This document shows, in pieces, positions 18,698 to 26,984 of a DNA stretch of 64,000 nt. The notes under the pieces are model-generated. The model had not been told where the DNA came from, did not search any database, and worked only from the letters and a program-made list of their open reading frames with translations. The stretch comes from Abditibacteriota bacterium (GTDB taxonomy: Bacteria; Armatimonadota; UBA5829). The first letter of the stretch is position 1. Each line of letters starts with the position of its first letter. The position numbers and the translations under genes were made by a program. The stretch covers positions 220,564-284,563 of the forward strand of contig JAFZNQ010000009.1 in the NCBI GenBank assembly GCA_017552965.1, in the 5' to 3' direction.

Positions 18698-19810
18698 ATG
18701 ATACCTTTAGCCAACCCCAAGAAGCAGGTCGAATCCCAAAAAAGAGATCTGCTGGAAGCCATCAGCCAGGTCTTTGACAAATGTCAGTTCATAGTAGGCG
18801 ACAACGTAAAGGAGGCGGAAGCCAATTACGCCGCCAAGTGCGGAGCGTCCTACGGCATAGGAGTGAACTCCGGGACTGACGCGCTGGTGCTGGCCCTGGC
18901 TGCCTGCGGCGTGGGCAAGGATGACGAGGTCATCACGGTGCCATATACCTTCGTGGCCACCACCGAAGCCATTCTCATCAGAGGAGCAAGGCCTGTATTC
19001 GTGGACATTGAGCCCGGCACCTTCAATATAGACGTATCTCAGATCGAAGCAAAGATCACTCCCAGGACCAAAGCCATACTGCCGGTGTATCTCTATGGCC
19101 AGACCTGCGACACAGAGGCCATAGCGGACATAGCCCGCCGGCACGGTCTGAAGGTCATAGCCGATGCTGCTCAGGCCATCGGAGCCAAGAGGAACGGCGC
19201 TCCCATCGGCCGGCTGGCCGACGCCACCTGCATCAGCTTTTTCCCCACCAAGAATCTGGGGGCCTGCGGCGACGCCGGCATGATCGTCACCGACTGTCCC
19301 GAGACTGCCGAGACTGCCAGGAGCCTGCGTTTTCACGGCATGAAGCCCGGCACCTATTATTACGAACGGGTAGGCTACAACAGCCGTCTGGACGAGCTGC
19401 AGGCCGCCGTGCTGAACGTCAAGCTGCCCAGGCTGGACGAATGGAACGAAAAGCGCAGGGCCCACGCCCGCTGCTATCTGGAAGCCTTCTCAGGCACCTG
19501 TCTGCAGCTTCCTCTGGAGCAGCCCGGCAACTATCACATATACCATCAGTTCACCATTCGCTATCCCCAGCGGGACCGGCTGCGGGAGATGCTGGCCGAG
19601 CGCGGGATAGGCAGCGCGGTGTATTATCCCTTCCCTCTCCACCTGCAGCCCTGCTACGGCTTCCTGGGCTACAGGGAGGGCGACCTGCCGGTCACCGAGG
19701 CTGCGTGCAAAGAGGTCCTGTCCCTGCCGGTGTATCCCGAGCTTACAGACGAAGAGATCAGCGCAGTGGCCACCGGCGTCAGGGAATGCCTGAGCATACT
19801 GGAAAGCTAA
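18698..19810 (+). CDS. DegT/DnrJ/EryC1/StrS-family PLP-dependent sugar aminotransferase
   Basis: 370 aa; N-terminal pattern typical of sugar-nucleotide aminotransferases (IPLANPKKQ...EAEANYAAKCGASYGIGVNSGTDALVLAL; Lys motif region FFPTKNLGACGDAGMIVT). Confidence 0.85.
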   Translation: MIPLANPKKQVESQKRDLLEAISQVFDKCQFIVGDNVKEAEANYAAKCGASYGIGVNSGTDALVLALAACGVGKDDEVITVPYTFVATTEAILIRGARPVFVDIEPGTFNIDVSQIEAKITPRTKAILPVYLYGQTCDTEAIADIARRHGLKVIADAAQAIGAKRNGAPIGRLADATCISFFPTKNLGACGDAGMIVTDCPETAETARSLRFHGMKPGTYYYERVGYNSRLDELQAAVLNVKLPRLDEWNEKRRAHARCYLEAFSGTCLQLPLEQPGNYHIYHQFTIRYPQRDRLREMLAERGIGSAVYYPFPLHLQPCYGFLGYREGDLPVTEAACKEVLSLPVYPELTDEEISAVATGVRECLSILES

Positions 19811-19833
19811 TACACATACCAAGGAGACACACT

Positions 19834-21111
19834 ATGACCCCCGACATGCGAAACGTATCAGCCATAGTATTGGGCGGCGGAAAAGGCACCCGGCTCTTTC
19901 CTCTTACCAAAGAGCGTTCAAAGCCTGCAGTTCCGCTGGCGGGGCAATTCCGCCTCATAGACATACCTCTCAGCAACTGCATCAACAGCCACATCAACAA
20001 GATATACGTGGTGACCCAGTTCATGAGCCACTCCCTCAACAGGCACGTGCACAGCTCGTTCAAGTTCGACATATTCAACAAGGGCATGATCGACATTCTG
20101 GCAGCCAGCCAGAATATGAACAACACGGGCTGGTTTCAGGGGACGGCGGACGCCGTCAGACAGAACATGCAGACCGTGTTTGAGAACAACGAGGACGGCA
20201 GGGCTCTCATACTCTCCGGCGACCAGATATACAAGATGGACTTCCGCCGGCTGGTAGCTGACCATGAGGCAAAACAGAGCGACGTGACCATCGCCGTCAC
20301 AGTCAAGCCTGCCTCCGAGGCCTATCATTTCGGCTGCATGAAGGTGGACAAGGATTTCCGCATCACCAAGTTCGTGGAGAAGCCTTCCACCGATGAGCAG
20401 CTCTCCGAGCTCATCATCAAGGGCAGCAAGCTGAAGGACCTGGGCGTCACCGACGACGGGGACTACGTGCTGATCAGCATGGGCATATATCTGTTTGAGA
20501 CCCCCAGACTGGTGGAGAGCCTCAACAACGACATGCAGGACTTCGGCAAGAACATCATCCCCTGGGCCATCAACAACTTCAACGTGTTCGCCTATCCCTT
20601 CACGGGCTACTGGGAGGACATCGGGACCATCTCCGCCTTCTTCAACGCCAACATCAATCTGACGGACACGGTGCCCAAGTTCAACTTCTACGATGCTGAC
20701 AAGCCCATATACACGGCCTGCAACTATCTGCCCTCCAGCAAGATCAACGGCCACTCGTCCTTTATGCAGACCATCATATCCGACGGGACCATCATAGAAA
20801 ATTCCACCGTCACCAAATCCATCATCGGCATCAGGTCGGTGATACGGGAGGGCTGCATCCTCAACAAGGTGGTGATGATGGGTCAGGACGACTATGCTCC
20901 CGACGACAAGTATCCCATCCCCAGAGGCATAGGCAAGTATTGCCGGATCACCCGGGCCATCATAGACAAGAACGCCTGCATAGGCGACAACGTGATCATA
21001 GAGGACCAGACCGGCAAGCCCAACTGCGACGGTGAGTTTTACTACGTGAGAGACGGCATAGTCATCATACCGAAGCATGCCATAGTTCCCTCCGGCACCA
21101 TTATCAAATAA
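19834..21111 (+). CDS. glgC: Glucose-1-phosphate adenylyltransferase family (GlgC-like NDP-sugar pyrophosphorylase)
   Basis: The tracked ORF 19441..21111 has a spurious 5' extension overlapping degT. The true start is the ATG at 19834 with RBS AAGGAGA. Canonical motifs are GGGKGTRLFPLTKERSKPAVPLAGQFRLIDIPLSNCINSHINKIYVVTQF and a C-terminal left-handed beta-helix. No glgA/B/D nearby. Confidence 0.8.
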   Translation: MTPDMRNVSAIVLGGGKGTRLFPLTKERSKPAVPLAGQFRLIDIPLSNCINSHINKIYVVTQFMSHSLNRHVHSSFKFDIFNKGMIDILAASQNMNNTGWFQGTADAVRQNMQTVFENNEDGRALILSGDQIYKMDFRRLVADHEAKQSDVTIAVTVKPASEAYHFGCMKVDKDFRITKFVEKPSTDEQLSELIIKGSKLKDLGVTDDGDYVLISMGIYLFETPRLVESLNNDMQDFGKNIIPWAINNFNVFAYPFTGYWEDIGTISAFFNANINLTDTVPKFNFYDADKPIYTACNYLPSSKINGHSSFMQTIISDGTIIENSTVTKSIIGIRSVIREGCILNKVVMMGQDDYAPDDKYPIPRGIGKYCRITRAIIDKNACIGDNVIIEDQTGKPNCDGEFYYVRDGIVIIPKHAIVPSGTIIK

Positions 21112-21123
21112 AAGGAGCATATC

Positions 21124-21834
21124 GTGGAGCTTATCCCGGCCATAGACCTGATAGACGGACAGTGCGTCCGCCTGATCAAGGGCGATTTTTCCCAAAAGAC
21201 CGTATATTCCGACGATCCCGCCCGGGTGGCAGCCAAATGGGCGAAGCACGCCCGTGTCATCCATCTGGTGGATCTGGAAGGCTCGAGACAGGGGCATCCC
21301 ATAGAGCTCTCCACCCTGTCCTCCATCCGGGAGTCCGTATCCTGCCTGCTGGAATACGGCGGCGGAGTGCGCTCCGAGGAGGACATCAGGGCCATCCTGG
21401 ACCACGGAGCCGACAGGGTCATTCTGGGCACCACGGCGGCGGCAGACGAAGCCTTTACCCGGGACATGCTCTCCAAATACGGGGACAGGCTGGTCATAGG
21501 CATTGACGCCCGGGACGGCCGGGTAGCCATCCACGGCTGGGAAAAGACCACCGAATACGCTCCCGAAGAGTTCGCTCTGAAGATGCAGTCCATGGGAGCG
21601 GCCCGCATCATATACACCGACATCTCCAGAGACGGGATGATGAAGGGGGCCAACGTCCCCGCCATGAAGGAAATGGCAGAGCTTTTGTCCATACCCGTCA
21701 TAGCTTCGGGAGGCGTCAGCAGCTACGAGGACGTCAGGAGCCTGTCGGCCCTGGGTCTGCTGGAAGGCGCCATCATAGGCAAGGCTCTTTATACGGGAGC
21801 CATAGATCTCGAGGAGGCCAGCAAATGGAAATAA
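21124..21834 (+). CDS. hisA: HisA: 1-(5-phosphoribosyl)-5-[(5-phosphoribosylamino)methylideneamino]imidazole-4-carboxamide isomerase
   Basis: GTG start with RBS AAGGAG 6 nt upstream. MELIPAIDLIDGQCVRL...VDLEGSRQG...IASGGVSSYEDV (beta-alpha)8 HisA motifs; 236 aa. Confidence 0.8.
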   Translation: MELIPAIDLIDGQCVRLIKGDFSQKTVYSDDPARVAAKWAKHARVIHLVDLEGSRQGHPIELSTLSSIRESVSCLLEYGGGVRSEEDIRAILDHGADRVILGTTAAADEAFTRDMLSKYGDRLVIGIDARDGRVAIHGWEKTTEYAPEEFALKMQSMGAARIIYTDISRDGMMKGANVPAMKEMAELLSIPVIASGGVSSYEDVRSLSALGLLEGAIIGKALYTGAIDLEEASKWK

Positions 21835-22550
21835 TCCCCGGCATGGACATCATCAACGGCCAGGTGGTTTGCGCCGAAAACATCGACTGGGCAGGCAACG
21901 GCCCCATCGACCACGACCCCGTGAACGTGGCCCGTTATTGGAAGAGCCAGGGAGCCCGGCACCTCTATATCTCCGATCTGGAGGGAGCCCGCTACGGCAA
22001 GCCCATGCATCTGGACATAGTGGCCAACATCATCAAAAACGTCAACATCAAGGTGTATCTGGGAGGCGGCATCCGCAATGCCGACGCTGCGGCCCGGGCC
22101 TTTGACGCAGGCATAGAAAAGGCGGTCATCGGCACCTACGCCGCTCTGGAAAACGACTTTGCCAAATACATGTTCGACACCTACAAGGGCCGCATCATAG
22201 TATCTCTGGCCAACATGAACGGCTACGTGTCCATCCACGACTGGACCGCCAGGACCGAGGAGACCGTGTACGAGTTCGCCGGCCGCATGGAAAAGATGGG
22301 CGCCGGCACCATAGTGTACAACGACGTGAACAGAAAGGGAGCTCACGGAGGCATCAATCTCCACACCATACAGAGGATGCTCTCCTCCACCGCCCTGCCC
22401 ATCATCATAGGCTGCGGCATATCGGACATAGACGACATCAGAGAGCTGAAGAAGTTCGGCGACAGGATATCCGGAGCCGTCATGGTCTCGGCCCTCTACA
22501 AAAATCTCATATCCTACAAGGATGCGGCCGCCGCTGCAAAAGAAGTCTGA
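21825..22550 (+). CDS. Second HisA/HisF-fold paralog (HisA-like)
   Basis: MEIIPGMDIINGQVV...ISDLEGARYGKP...IIGCGISDIDDI; 241 aa; RBS GAGGAGG; overlaps the preceding hisA by 10 nt. More HisA-like than HisF-like (no HisF-type VKGV-like N-terminal motif). Confidence 0.7.
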   Translation: MEIIPGMDIINGQVVCAENIDWAGNGPIDHDPVNVARYWKSQGARHLYISDLEGARYGKPMHLDIVANIIKNVNIKVYLGGGIRNADAAARAFDAGIEKAVIGTYAALENDFAKYMFDTYKGRIIVSLANMNGYVSIHDWTARTEETVYEFAGRMEKMGAGTIVYNDVNRKGAHGGINLHTIQRMLSSTALPIIIGCGISDIDDIRELKKFGDRISGAVMVSALYKNLISYKDAAAAAKEV

Positions 22551-22569
22551 AAAAAAGGGCTGCGGCTCT

Positions 22570-22598
22570 TTACAAACCCTCAAAAAAAGAGTATAATA
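22570..22598 (+). promoter_or_regulatory. Candidate promoter for tRNA-Leu (TTACAA-17-TATAAT)
   Basis: ttacaa at 22570-22575 and tataat at 22593-22598, 10 nt before the tRNA 5' end. Confidence 0.4.
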
Positions 22599-22607
22599 TA
22601 TTTGTAC

Positions 22608-22690
22608 GCCGAAGTGGTGGAATGGCAGACACGCATGGTTCAGGACCATGTGCCCGCAAGGGCATAGGAGTTCGACTCTCCTCTTCGGCA
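22608..22690 (+). tRNA. tRNA-Leu (anticodon CAG), long variable arm
   Basis: Cloverleaf folded by hand: acceptor GCCGAAG/CTTCGGC, anticodon stem CATGG/CCATG with loop TTCAGGA, long variable arm, T-arm AGGAGTTCGACTCTCCT. 83 nt, no encoded CCA. Confidence 0.85.
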
Positions 22691-22692
22691 TA

Positions 22693-22726
22693 AAAAGGAC
22701 CTCTCTCGAGGTCCTTTTCTTTTTCA
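22693..22726. terminator. Bidirectional rho-independent terminator (after tRNA-Leu on plus; after the DUF6273-like gene on minus)
   Basis: aggacctc-tctc-gaggtcct hairpin with a T run on the top strand (ttttctttttc) and an A run preceding it, which gives a T run on the minus strand. Confidence 0.75.
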
Positions 22727-22735
22727 CCGGTCTTT

Positions 22736-23305
22736 TTATTCGGGGGCGATCCTCATGGCGGGCCGCACTCCGCCGGAGGCGGTGCACACTATGCCGTCCA
22801 CGCTGATGCTGCCCAGGTCTCTCACTCTGCATATACAGTCCCCGATCCTGGCGTTGGTCCTGAGCCACCACCAGCTGCAGCCGTCTATGCCTGCCCAGGC
22901 TCCGTGCTGCTCTCCGTAGGAGGTGGGCCTGGCGCGCCTGGCTTCGTCGTCCCGGAAGCACCTGACCGCCTCGTCGTAGGACAGGAGGAATATCCGGTCC
23001 TCCGTGGGCTCGTCGGCGCCGGTCCTGTAGTGAAAGTTGGGCTTGTTGTCTGCGGGGGTGAGGAGTATCCTCTGCCTTTCCTCCGCCGAAAAGGCGGTCT
23101 CCACAAACTCTTCGTTGAGCCAGCGTCTCAGCTCCGAGGAGCGCCAGGTGATGGTGGTGTCCTCCCCGTGAAAGGGGGCGCCGGCTATGACGGCGCAGGT
23201 CACCACCAGAAGCCCCAGGGCGTCCTGCTCCAGGACCTGCCATCCGATAGGCTCCGGCCGGCTGTCTTTTTGGGGGAAATGCCCCATAGTGATCATATCT
23301 TTCAT
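22736..23305 (-). CDS. DUF6273-like domain protein, function unknown
   Basis: 189 aa; motifs I associate with the DUF6273 family (PIGWQVLEQD...LLVV..., ...RRWLNEEFVETAFSAEERQRIL, CSWWWLRT, VRPAMRI). No clear signal peptide. Confidence 0.5.
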   Translation of the reverse strand: MKDMITMGHFPQKDSRPEPIGWQVLEQDALGLLVVTCAVIAGAPFHGEDTTITWRSSELRRWLNEEFVETAFSAEERQRILLTPADNKPNFHYRTGADEPTEDRIFLLSYDEAVRCFRDDEARRARPTSYGEQHGAWAGIDGCSWWWLRTNARIGDCICRVRDLGSISVDGIVCTASGGVRPAMRIAPE

Positions 23306-23310
23306 CGCTC

Positions 23311-23345
23311 ACAAAAAAAGCAAAGACAGGAGCCTTTGCTTTTAT
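23311..23345 (-). terminator. Rho-independent terminator after the acyl-CoA dehydrogenase gene
   Basis: aaagcaaag-acaggagc-ctttgcttt hairpin. On the minus strand it is followed by TTTTTTTGTG. Confidence 0.7.
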
Positions 23346-23358
23346 TTTCCTCGCAGGT

Positions 23359-24528
23359 CTATTTGTTCTTTCTGGCGGATTCCTGTACCAGGCCTCTGCC
23401 TATCTCGTCTCTCTGTATCTGGTTGGTGCCCTCATAGATCTGGGTGATCTTGGCGTCTCTCATCATCTTTTCCACCGGATATTCCTTCATGTAGCCGTAG
23501 CCTCCCAGCACCTGCACGGCGTCGGTGGTCACGCTCATGGCCATATCCGAAGCGAAGCACTTGGCCATGGCGGAATAGGTGGTGGTCTTGTCGCCGGGGC
23601 AGGCGTCCAGATAGCGGGCCACCGAGTAGACCAGGGCTCTGGAGGCCTCTACCCGCATGCCCATATCGGCCAGCAGAAAACGCAGGCCCTGATTGTTGTG
23701 GATAGGCGCGCCGAACTGTATCCTTTCGGTGGAATACTTGACGGCGTAGTCCAGAGCTCCCGCGGCGATGCCCACAGCCTGGGCTGCCACGCCGGGGCGG
23801 GACCTGTCAAAGGTCTTCATGGCGGTGATAAAGCCGGTGCCCTTGCGGCCCAGCATCTGGGACTTGTGGATCCGGCAGTCCTGAAACACCAGCTCTCTGG
23901 TGGCGGAGGCCCGGATACCCAGCTTGTTCTCCTTTTTGCCGAAAGTAAAACCGGGAGTCCCCTTTTCGATGATAAAGCAGCTGATGCCTCTGGCCCCTCT
24001 GGAGGGGTCGGTGACGGCGAATACGGAATAGATGTCCGCCTCGCCGGCGTTGGTGATCCACTGCTTGGTGCCGTTGAGGATATAGTAGTCCCCGTCCTCC
24101 ACGGCCTTGGTCTGCATGCCGGCCACGTCGGAGCCCGCGTTGGCTTCCGTCAGTCCAAAGGCGGCCAGATGCTCGCCGGAGGCTATCATAGGCAGGTATT
24201 TTGCTTTTTGTTCTTCGTTTCCGGAAATGAGAATGGGAAACGTGCCCAGACCCGTGGCGGCAAAGGCGAGGGAAATGGCGCCGTCCACCTTGGAAAGCTC
24301 TTCCGTAGCCACCACCATATTCATAATAGGGGCGTCTTCCGCCATACCTTCGTATTCATTGGGAATAAGTATCCTGAAGATATCGGCCTGAGCCATCTTT
24401 TTGACTATGGGCCAGGCAAATTCGTTCTTTTCATCATATTCGGCAGAATAGGGCTTGATCTCGGTCTCGGCAAATTCCTTGCACACCGCCTTCAGCTCCT
24501 GCTGATATTCCGTCAGTAAATAATCCAT
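23359..24528 (-). CDS. Acyl-CoA dehydrogenase (short/butyryl-chain type)
   Basis: 389 aa; ACAD N/M/C domains with catalytic-base region ...YEGTNQIQRDEIGRGL at the C-terminus; RBS GGAGGAT. Confidence 0.9.
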   Translation of the reverse strand: MDYLLTEYQQELKAVCKEFAETEIKPYSAEYDEKNEFAWPIVKKMAQADIFRILIPNEYEGMAEDAPIMNMVVATEELSKVDGAISLAFAATGLGTFPILISGNEEQKAKYLPMIASGEHLAAFGLTEANAGSDVAGMQTKAVEDGDYYILNGTKQWITNAGEADIYSVFAVTDPSRGARGISCFIIEKGTPGFTFGKKENKLGIRASATRELVFQDCRIHKSQMLGRKGTGFITAMKTFDRSRPGVAAQAVGIAAGALDYAVKYSTERIQFGAPIHNNQGLRFLLADMGMRVEASRALVYSVARYLDACPGDKTTTYSAMAKCFASDMAMSVTTDAVQVLGGYGYMKEYPVEKMMRDAKITQIYEGTNQIQRDEIGRGLVQESARKNK

Positions 24529-24538
24529 CAGATCCTCC

Positions 24539-24575
24539 GATACACTATCGCATTTTAATGATGATACACTATATT
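24539..24575. promoter_or_regulatory. Direct repeats GATACACTAT x2 flanking the -10 region of the acyl-CoA dehydrogenase promoter; candidate regulator binding site
   Basis: gatacactat at 24539-24548 and 24566-24575; on the minus strand ATAGTGTATC ... TATAAT ... ATAGTGTATC, then GGAGGAT RBS and ATG. Confidence 0.25.
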
Positions 24576-24606
24576 ATAGCACATTGGGCCGCAGCCCTTC
24601 AAGTCG

Positions 24607-26937
24607 TCAGAATTTGACTATGCAGAAGCTGTCGAACACGGGCTTTGCGGAGGGCCCCCGTTCGGTGACTATCTCCCGGGCCCCCGACAGGCCTTCCAGA
24701 GTGTTCTCCTCTCCGGACATATTCAGGGCGTATATGAGCAGCCGGCCCTCCTTGTCCCGGAGCCGCATCACCCGGCCTGTCCGGGAGAGCCTTATCCTGT
24801 CGGGCTGCAGCCCGTCCAGGACCCGGAGGCCTCTGTGGACTGCCCGGGCAGCCTCCTCCGACAGAGCGCCTATCTGCAGCATGGGAGGGGTATCCCCCGC
24901 CCTCTTGCGCCTTTCGGCTCCCCGGGCAAACTCCAGACCGTAGTCCTCCGTCTTCACCATATTCGGCGACGAGAGGGCCGCAGGACGGCGCACGCCGTAT
25001 TTGTCATAGAGGCCGGCTCCCTTTACGCACACCAGGAGCCCCTCGTATCTGCTCAATACGTCAAAGGCCTCGTCCGGGATACGGGGCGCCTGAGGCAGTA
25101 TCAGGGCGTCATAGTCTCCGAGGCTGACGCAGTCCAGCTCTCCAAAGGTCAATATGTCCGTCTCTATCTGCCTGTCTTCCAGCAGCTTGTACCAGCCCAT
25201 AAAGCTTTTGGGGTCCGCCGACGCGTCGTCCTCCAGCCCGGGGAAAGGAGTCACGTATGGGTCCAGTATGGCCACCCTGGCCTCCGGCTTGAAGCCCTTT
25301 ACCGCCTCCAGAGCGATCCGGGTCTCCTCCAGCAGGGACCTGATCTCCTCGGGAGTGTAGTAGGGTCTGTAGGCGTTCTCGTCGTAGCCCTCGTAGTTGC
25401 AAAACATGATATGATCGGCTCCGTGCATCACGGAGGTGTGGAGCATCTGCTTCACCTTGTCCATGGCGACCAGTCCGCCGCCGTTGAAGTCTATCAGGTC
25501 TATGTTGCACAGAGGCTTGCGGTATTTGCGGGCCAGGTCCATGCCGCAGGCTATCCTGTAGGGGTCGCCCTCGGCTCCCGGCAGCTGCATCCCCAGTATA
25601 TCCAGGCTCTCGCCGGCGCGGAACACCTTGTCCGGCAAAAAGCCGGCGTTGGTGTTGTAGTCCCACTCGCCGAAGTAGGCAAAGGTCAGGGTCTGAAAGG
25701 ACATGAGGAACCGGCTGCGGTCATACTTTTTCACCATAGCGGCCAGAGAGTTCAGATATTCCGCGGACAGCTCTTGCCAGAACTCCTGAAAATCGCAGGC
25801 CCGGACGGGACTGACCTCCTCCGCCTCCATGGGGTCGGTGCCTATGATCCAGGCGCTGCCCGAGCGCTCGCCCCGGGCGTCCGGAGTCTTGGTCCTGGGG
25901 TCAAAGACCATCATGTCGTCGGGCATGGTGATCTCCCCTTCGTCTCCCGTGATCCTGATATGGTCAAAGCGCGCTTCTCCGGAGCCCACCAGCAGCATAT
26001 AGATGCTGAAGCCCACGGCGTTGTCGGGCCTGCGGGACCTGACCGTGACCAGGGTCCTGCCGTTCTGCTCCGTGAAATGGGCGCTCTCCGTTGAGGCTAT
26101 AGGCACCAGGGAACCCTCCCTGAACCAGGCTATGGTGAGAAAGCTCCCGGAGCCGTTCACGTCCCTGTTGGTGATCTCCGCAGAGAATTCCAGCTGTTCT
26201 CCGGAATATTCGTAGGGCCGGGCGTTGTACCAGGCTATGTTGCGGGCTTCCCTTACGGGGGCATAGACCACTCCGGCCTTGTCCCCGCCGGCCACGTCCA
26301 GAGGGGGCGCCTGAGCCTCCTCTATGCTGCCGTAGTCAGTCCCCCAGGCGGCGTTGAGAGCCGCGGCGGACCCGTATTTCTTCTTCAGCCATTCCCGGAA
26401 ACGGGCCAGGTCCGCAGCGCCGTAGCGGGTGGCCATATTGTGCCACCATTCCACCCCGGCCTCGTAGCCTATGACCGTGTGCTGAGGGTCTTTTTCCGCC
26501 AGATATTCTGTCAGGGCCCTGACCAGCCTCTCCTGAGCCTCCCTGCAAATGGGCGAGCTGGGCGAAGGCAGGGTGTCCTGCCCCGGCTGCCCGAAGCAGC
26601 CGGCGGTGGTCTCTCCCGCGGCCCTGACCTTGTCGTAGAGCCAGCCGGGCTTGCACACCGGATTGAACTCGATGATGAGTATCAGCCTGAAGCCCCAGCT
26701 GCGGGCCAGAGCCAGCTGCCGGTCCAGACAGCCAAAGTCATACTCTCCTTCTCTGGGCTCCACCACCGCCCAGGGGATACGGCTGTTCATGACGGTAGCC
26801 CCCAGCCCTTCCAGGTCGGCGGTGTAGGTGTCCTCGAAGGGATAATGCCAGATAAAGCCCACGCAGCTCTCCCGGGCAAGACAGACCGCGGGCAGGAGAA
26901 GGGTCAGAAAAAAGCAAAGGATGAATATTTTGTTCAT
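24607..26937 (-). CDS. Secreted glycoside hydrolase, GH42-like (beta-galactosidase-like TIM barrel) with extra inserted/C-terminal domains
   Basis: The tracked ORF 24607..27210 has a spurious N-extension; the true start is the ATG at 26935-26937 (MNKIFILCFFLTLLLPAVCLA signal peptide). IPWAVVEPREGEYDF resembles the GH42 N-terminal motif. 777 aa. Confidence 0.55.
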   Translation of the reverse strand: MNKIFILCFFLTLLLPAVCLARESCVGFIWHYPFEDTYTADLEGLGATVMNSRIPWAVVEPREGEYDFGCLDRQLALARSWGFRLILIIEFNPVCKPGWLYDKVRAAGETTAGCFGQPGQDTLPSPSSPICREAQERLVRALTEYLAEKDPQHTVIGYEAGVEWWHNMATRYGAADLARFREWLKKKYGSAAALNAAWGTDYGSIEEAQAPPLDVAGGDKAGVVYAPVREARNIAWYNARPYEYSGEQLEFSAEITNRDVNGSGSFLTIAWFREGSLVPIASTESAHFTEQNGRTLVTVRSRRPDNAVGFSIYMLLVGSGEARFDHIRITGDEGEITMPDDMMVFDPRTKTPDARGERSGSAWIIGTDPMEAEEVSPVRACDFQEFWQELSAEYLNSLAAMVKKYDRSRFLMSFQTLTFAYFGEWDYNTNAGFLPDKVFRAGESLDILGMQLPGAEGDPYRIACGMDLARKYRKPLCNIDLIDFNGGGLVAMDKVKQMLHTSVMHGADHIMFCNYEGYDENAYRPYYTPEEIRSLLEETRIALEAVKGFKPEARVAILDPYVTPFPGLEDDASADPKSFMGWYKLLEDRQIETDILTFGELDCVSLGDYDALILPQAPRIPDEAFDVLSRYEGLLVCVKGAGLYDKYGVRRPAALSSPNMVKTEDYGLEFARGAERRKRAGDTPPMLQIGALSEEAARAVHRGLRVLDGLQPDRIRLSRTGRVMRLRDKEGRLLIYALNMSGEENTLEGLSGAREIVTERGPSAKPVFDSFCIVKF

Positions 26938-26947
26938 GAGAGATACC

Positions 26948-26978
26948 AAAAAAAACGGGGCGGAAGCATCCGCCCCGC
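26948..26978 (-). terminator. Rho-independent terminator after the repeat-protein gene
   Basis: cggggcgga-agca-tccgccccg hairpin (9 bp stem) preceded on the top strand by an A8 run, which is a T8 run downstream on the minus strand. Confidence 0.75.
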
Positions 26979-26984
26979 CGGGTG

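Noticed and set aside
19441-19833. 5' extension of the glgC ORF overlapping degT
   Set aside because: The extension is out of frame with and inside degT, and is Arg/Pro/Gly-rich. An ATG at 19834 with an AAGGAGA RBS begins the conserved GlgC N-terminus.
22598-23360. Possible integrative element at tRNA-Leu
   Set aside because: There is no integrase or recombinase and no direct repeat of the tRNA 3' end. Downstream genes (a DUF6273-like protein, an acyl-CoA dehydrogenase) are ordinary chromosomal genes bounded by normal terminators.
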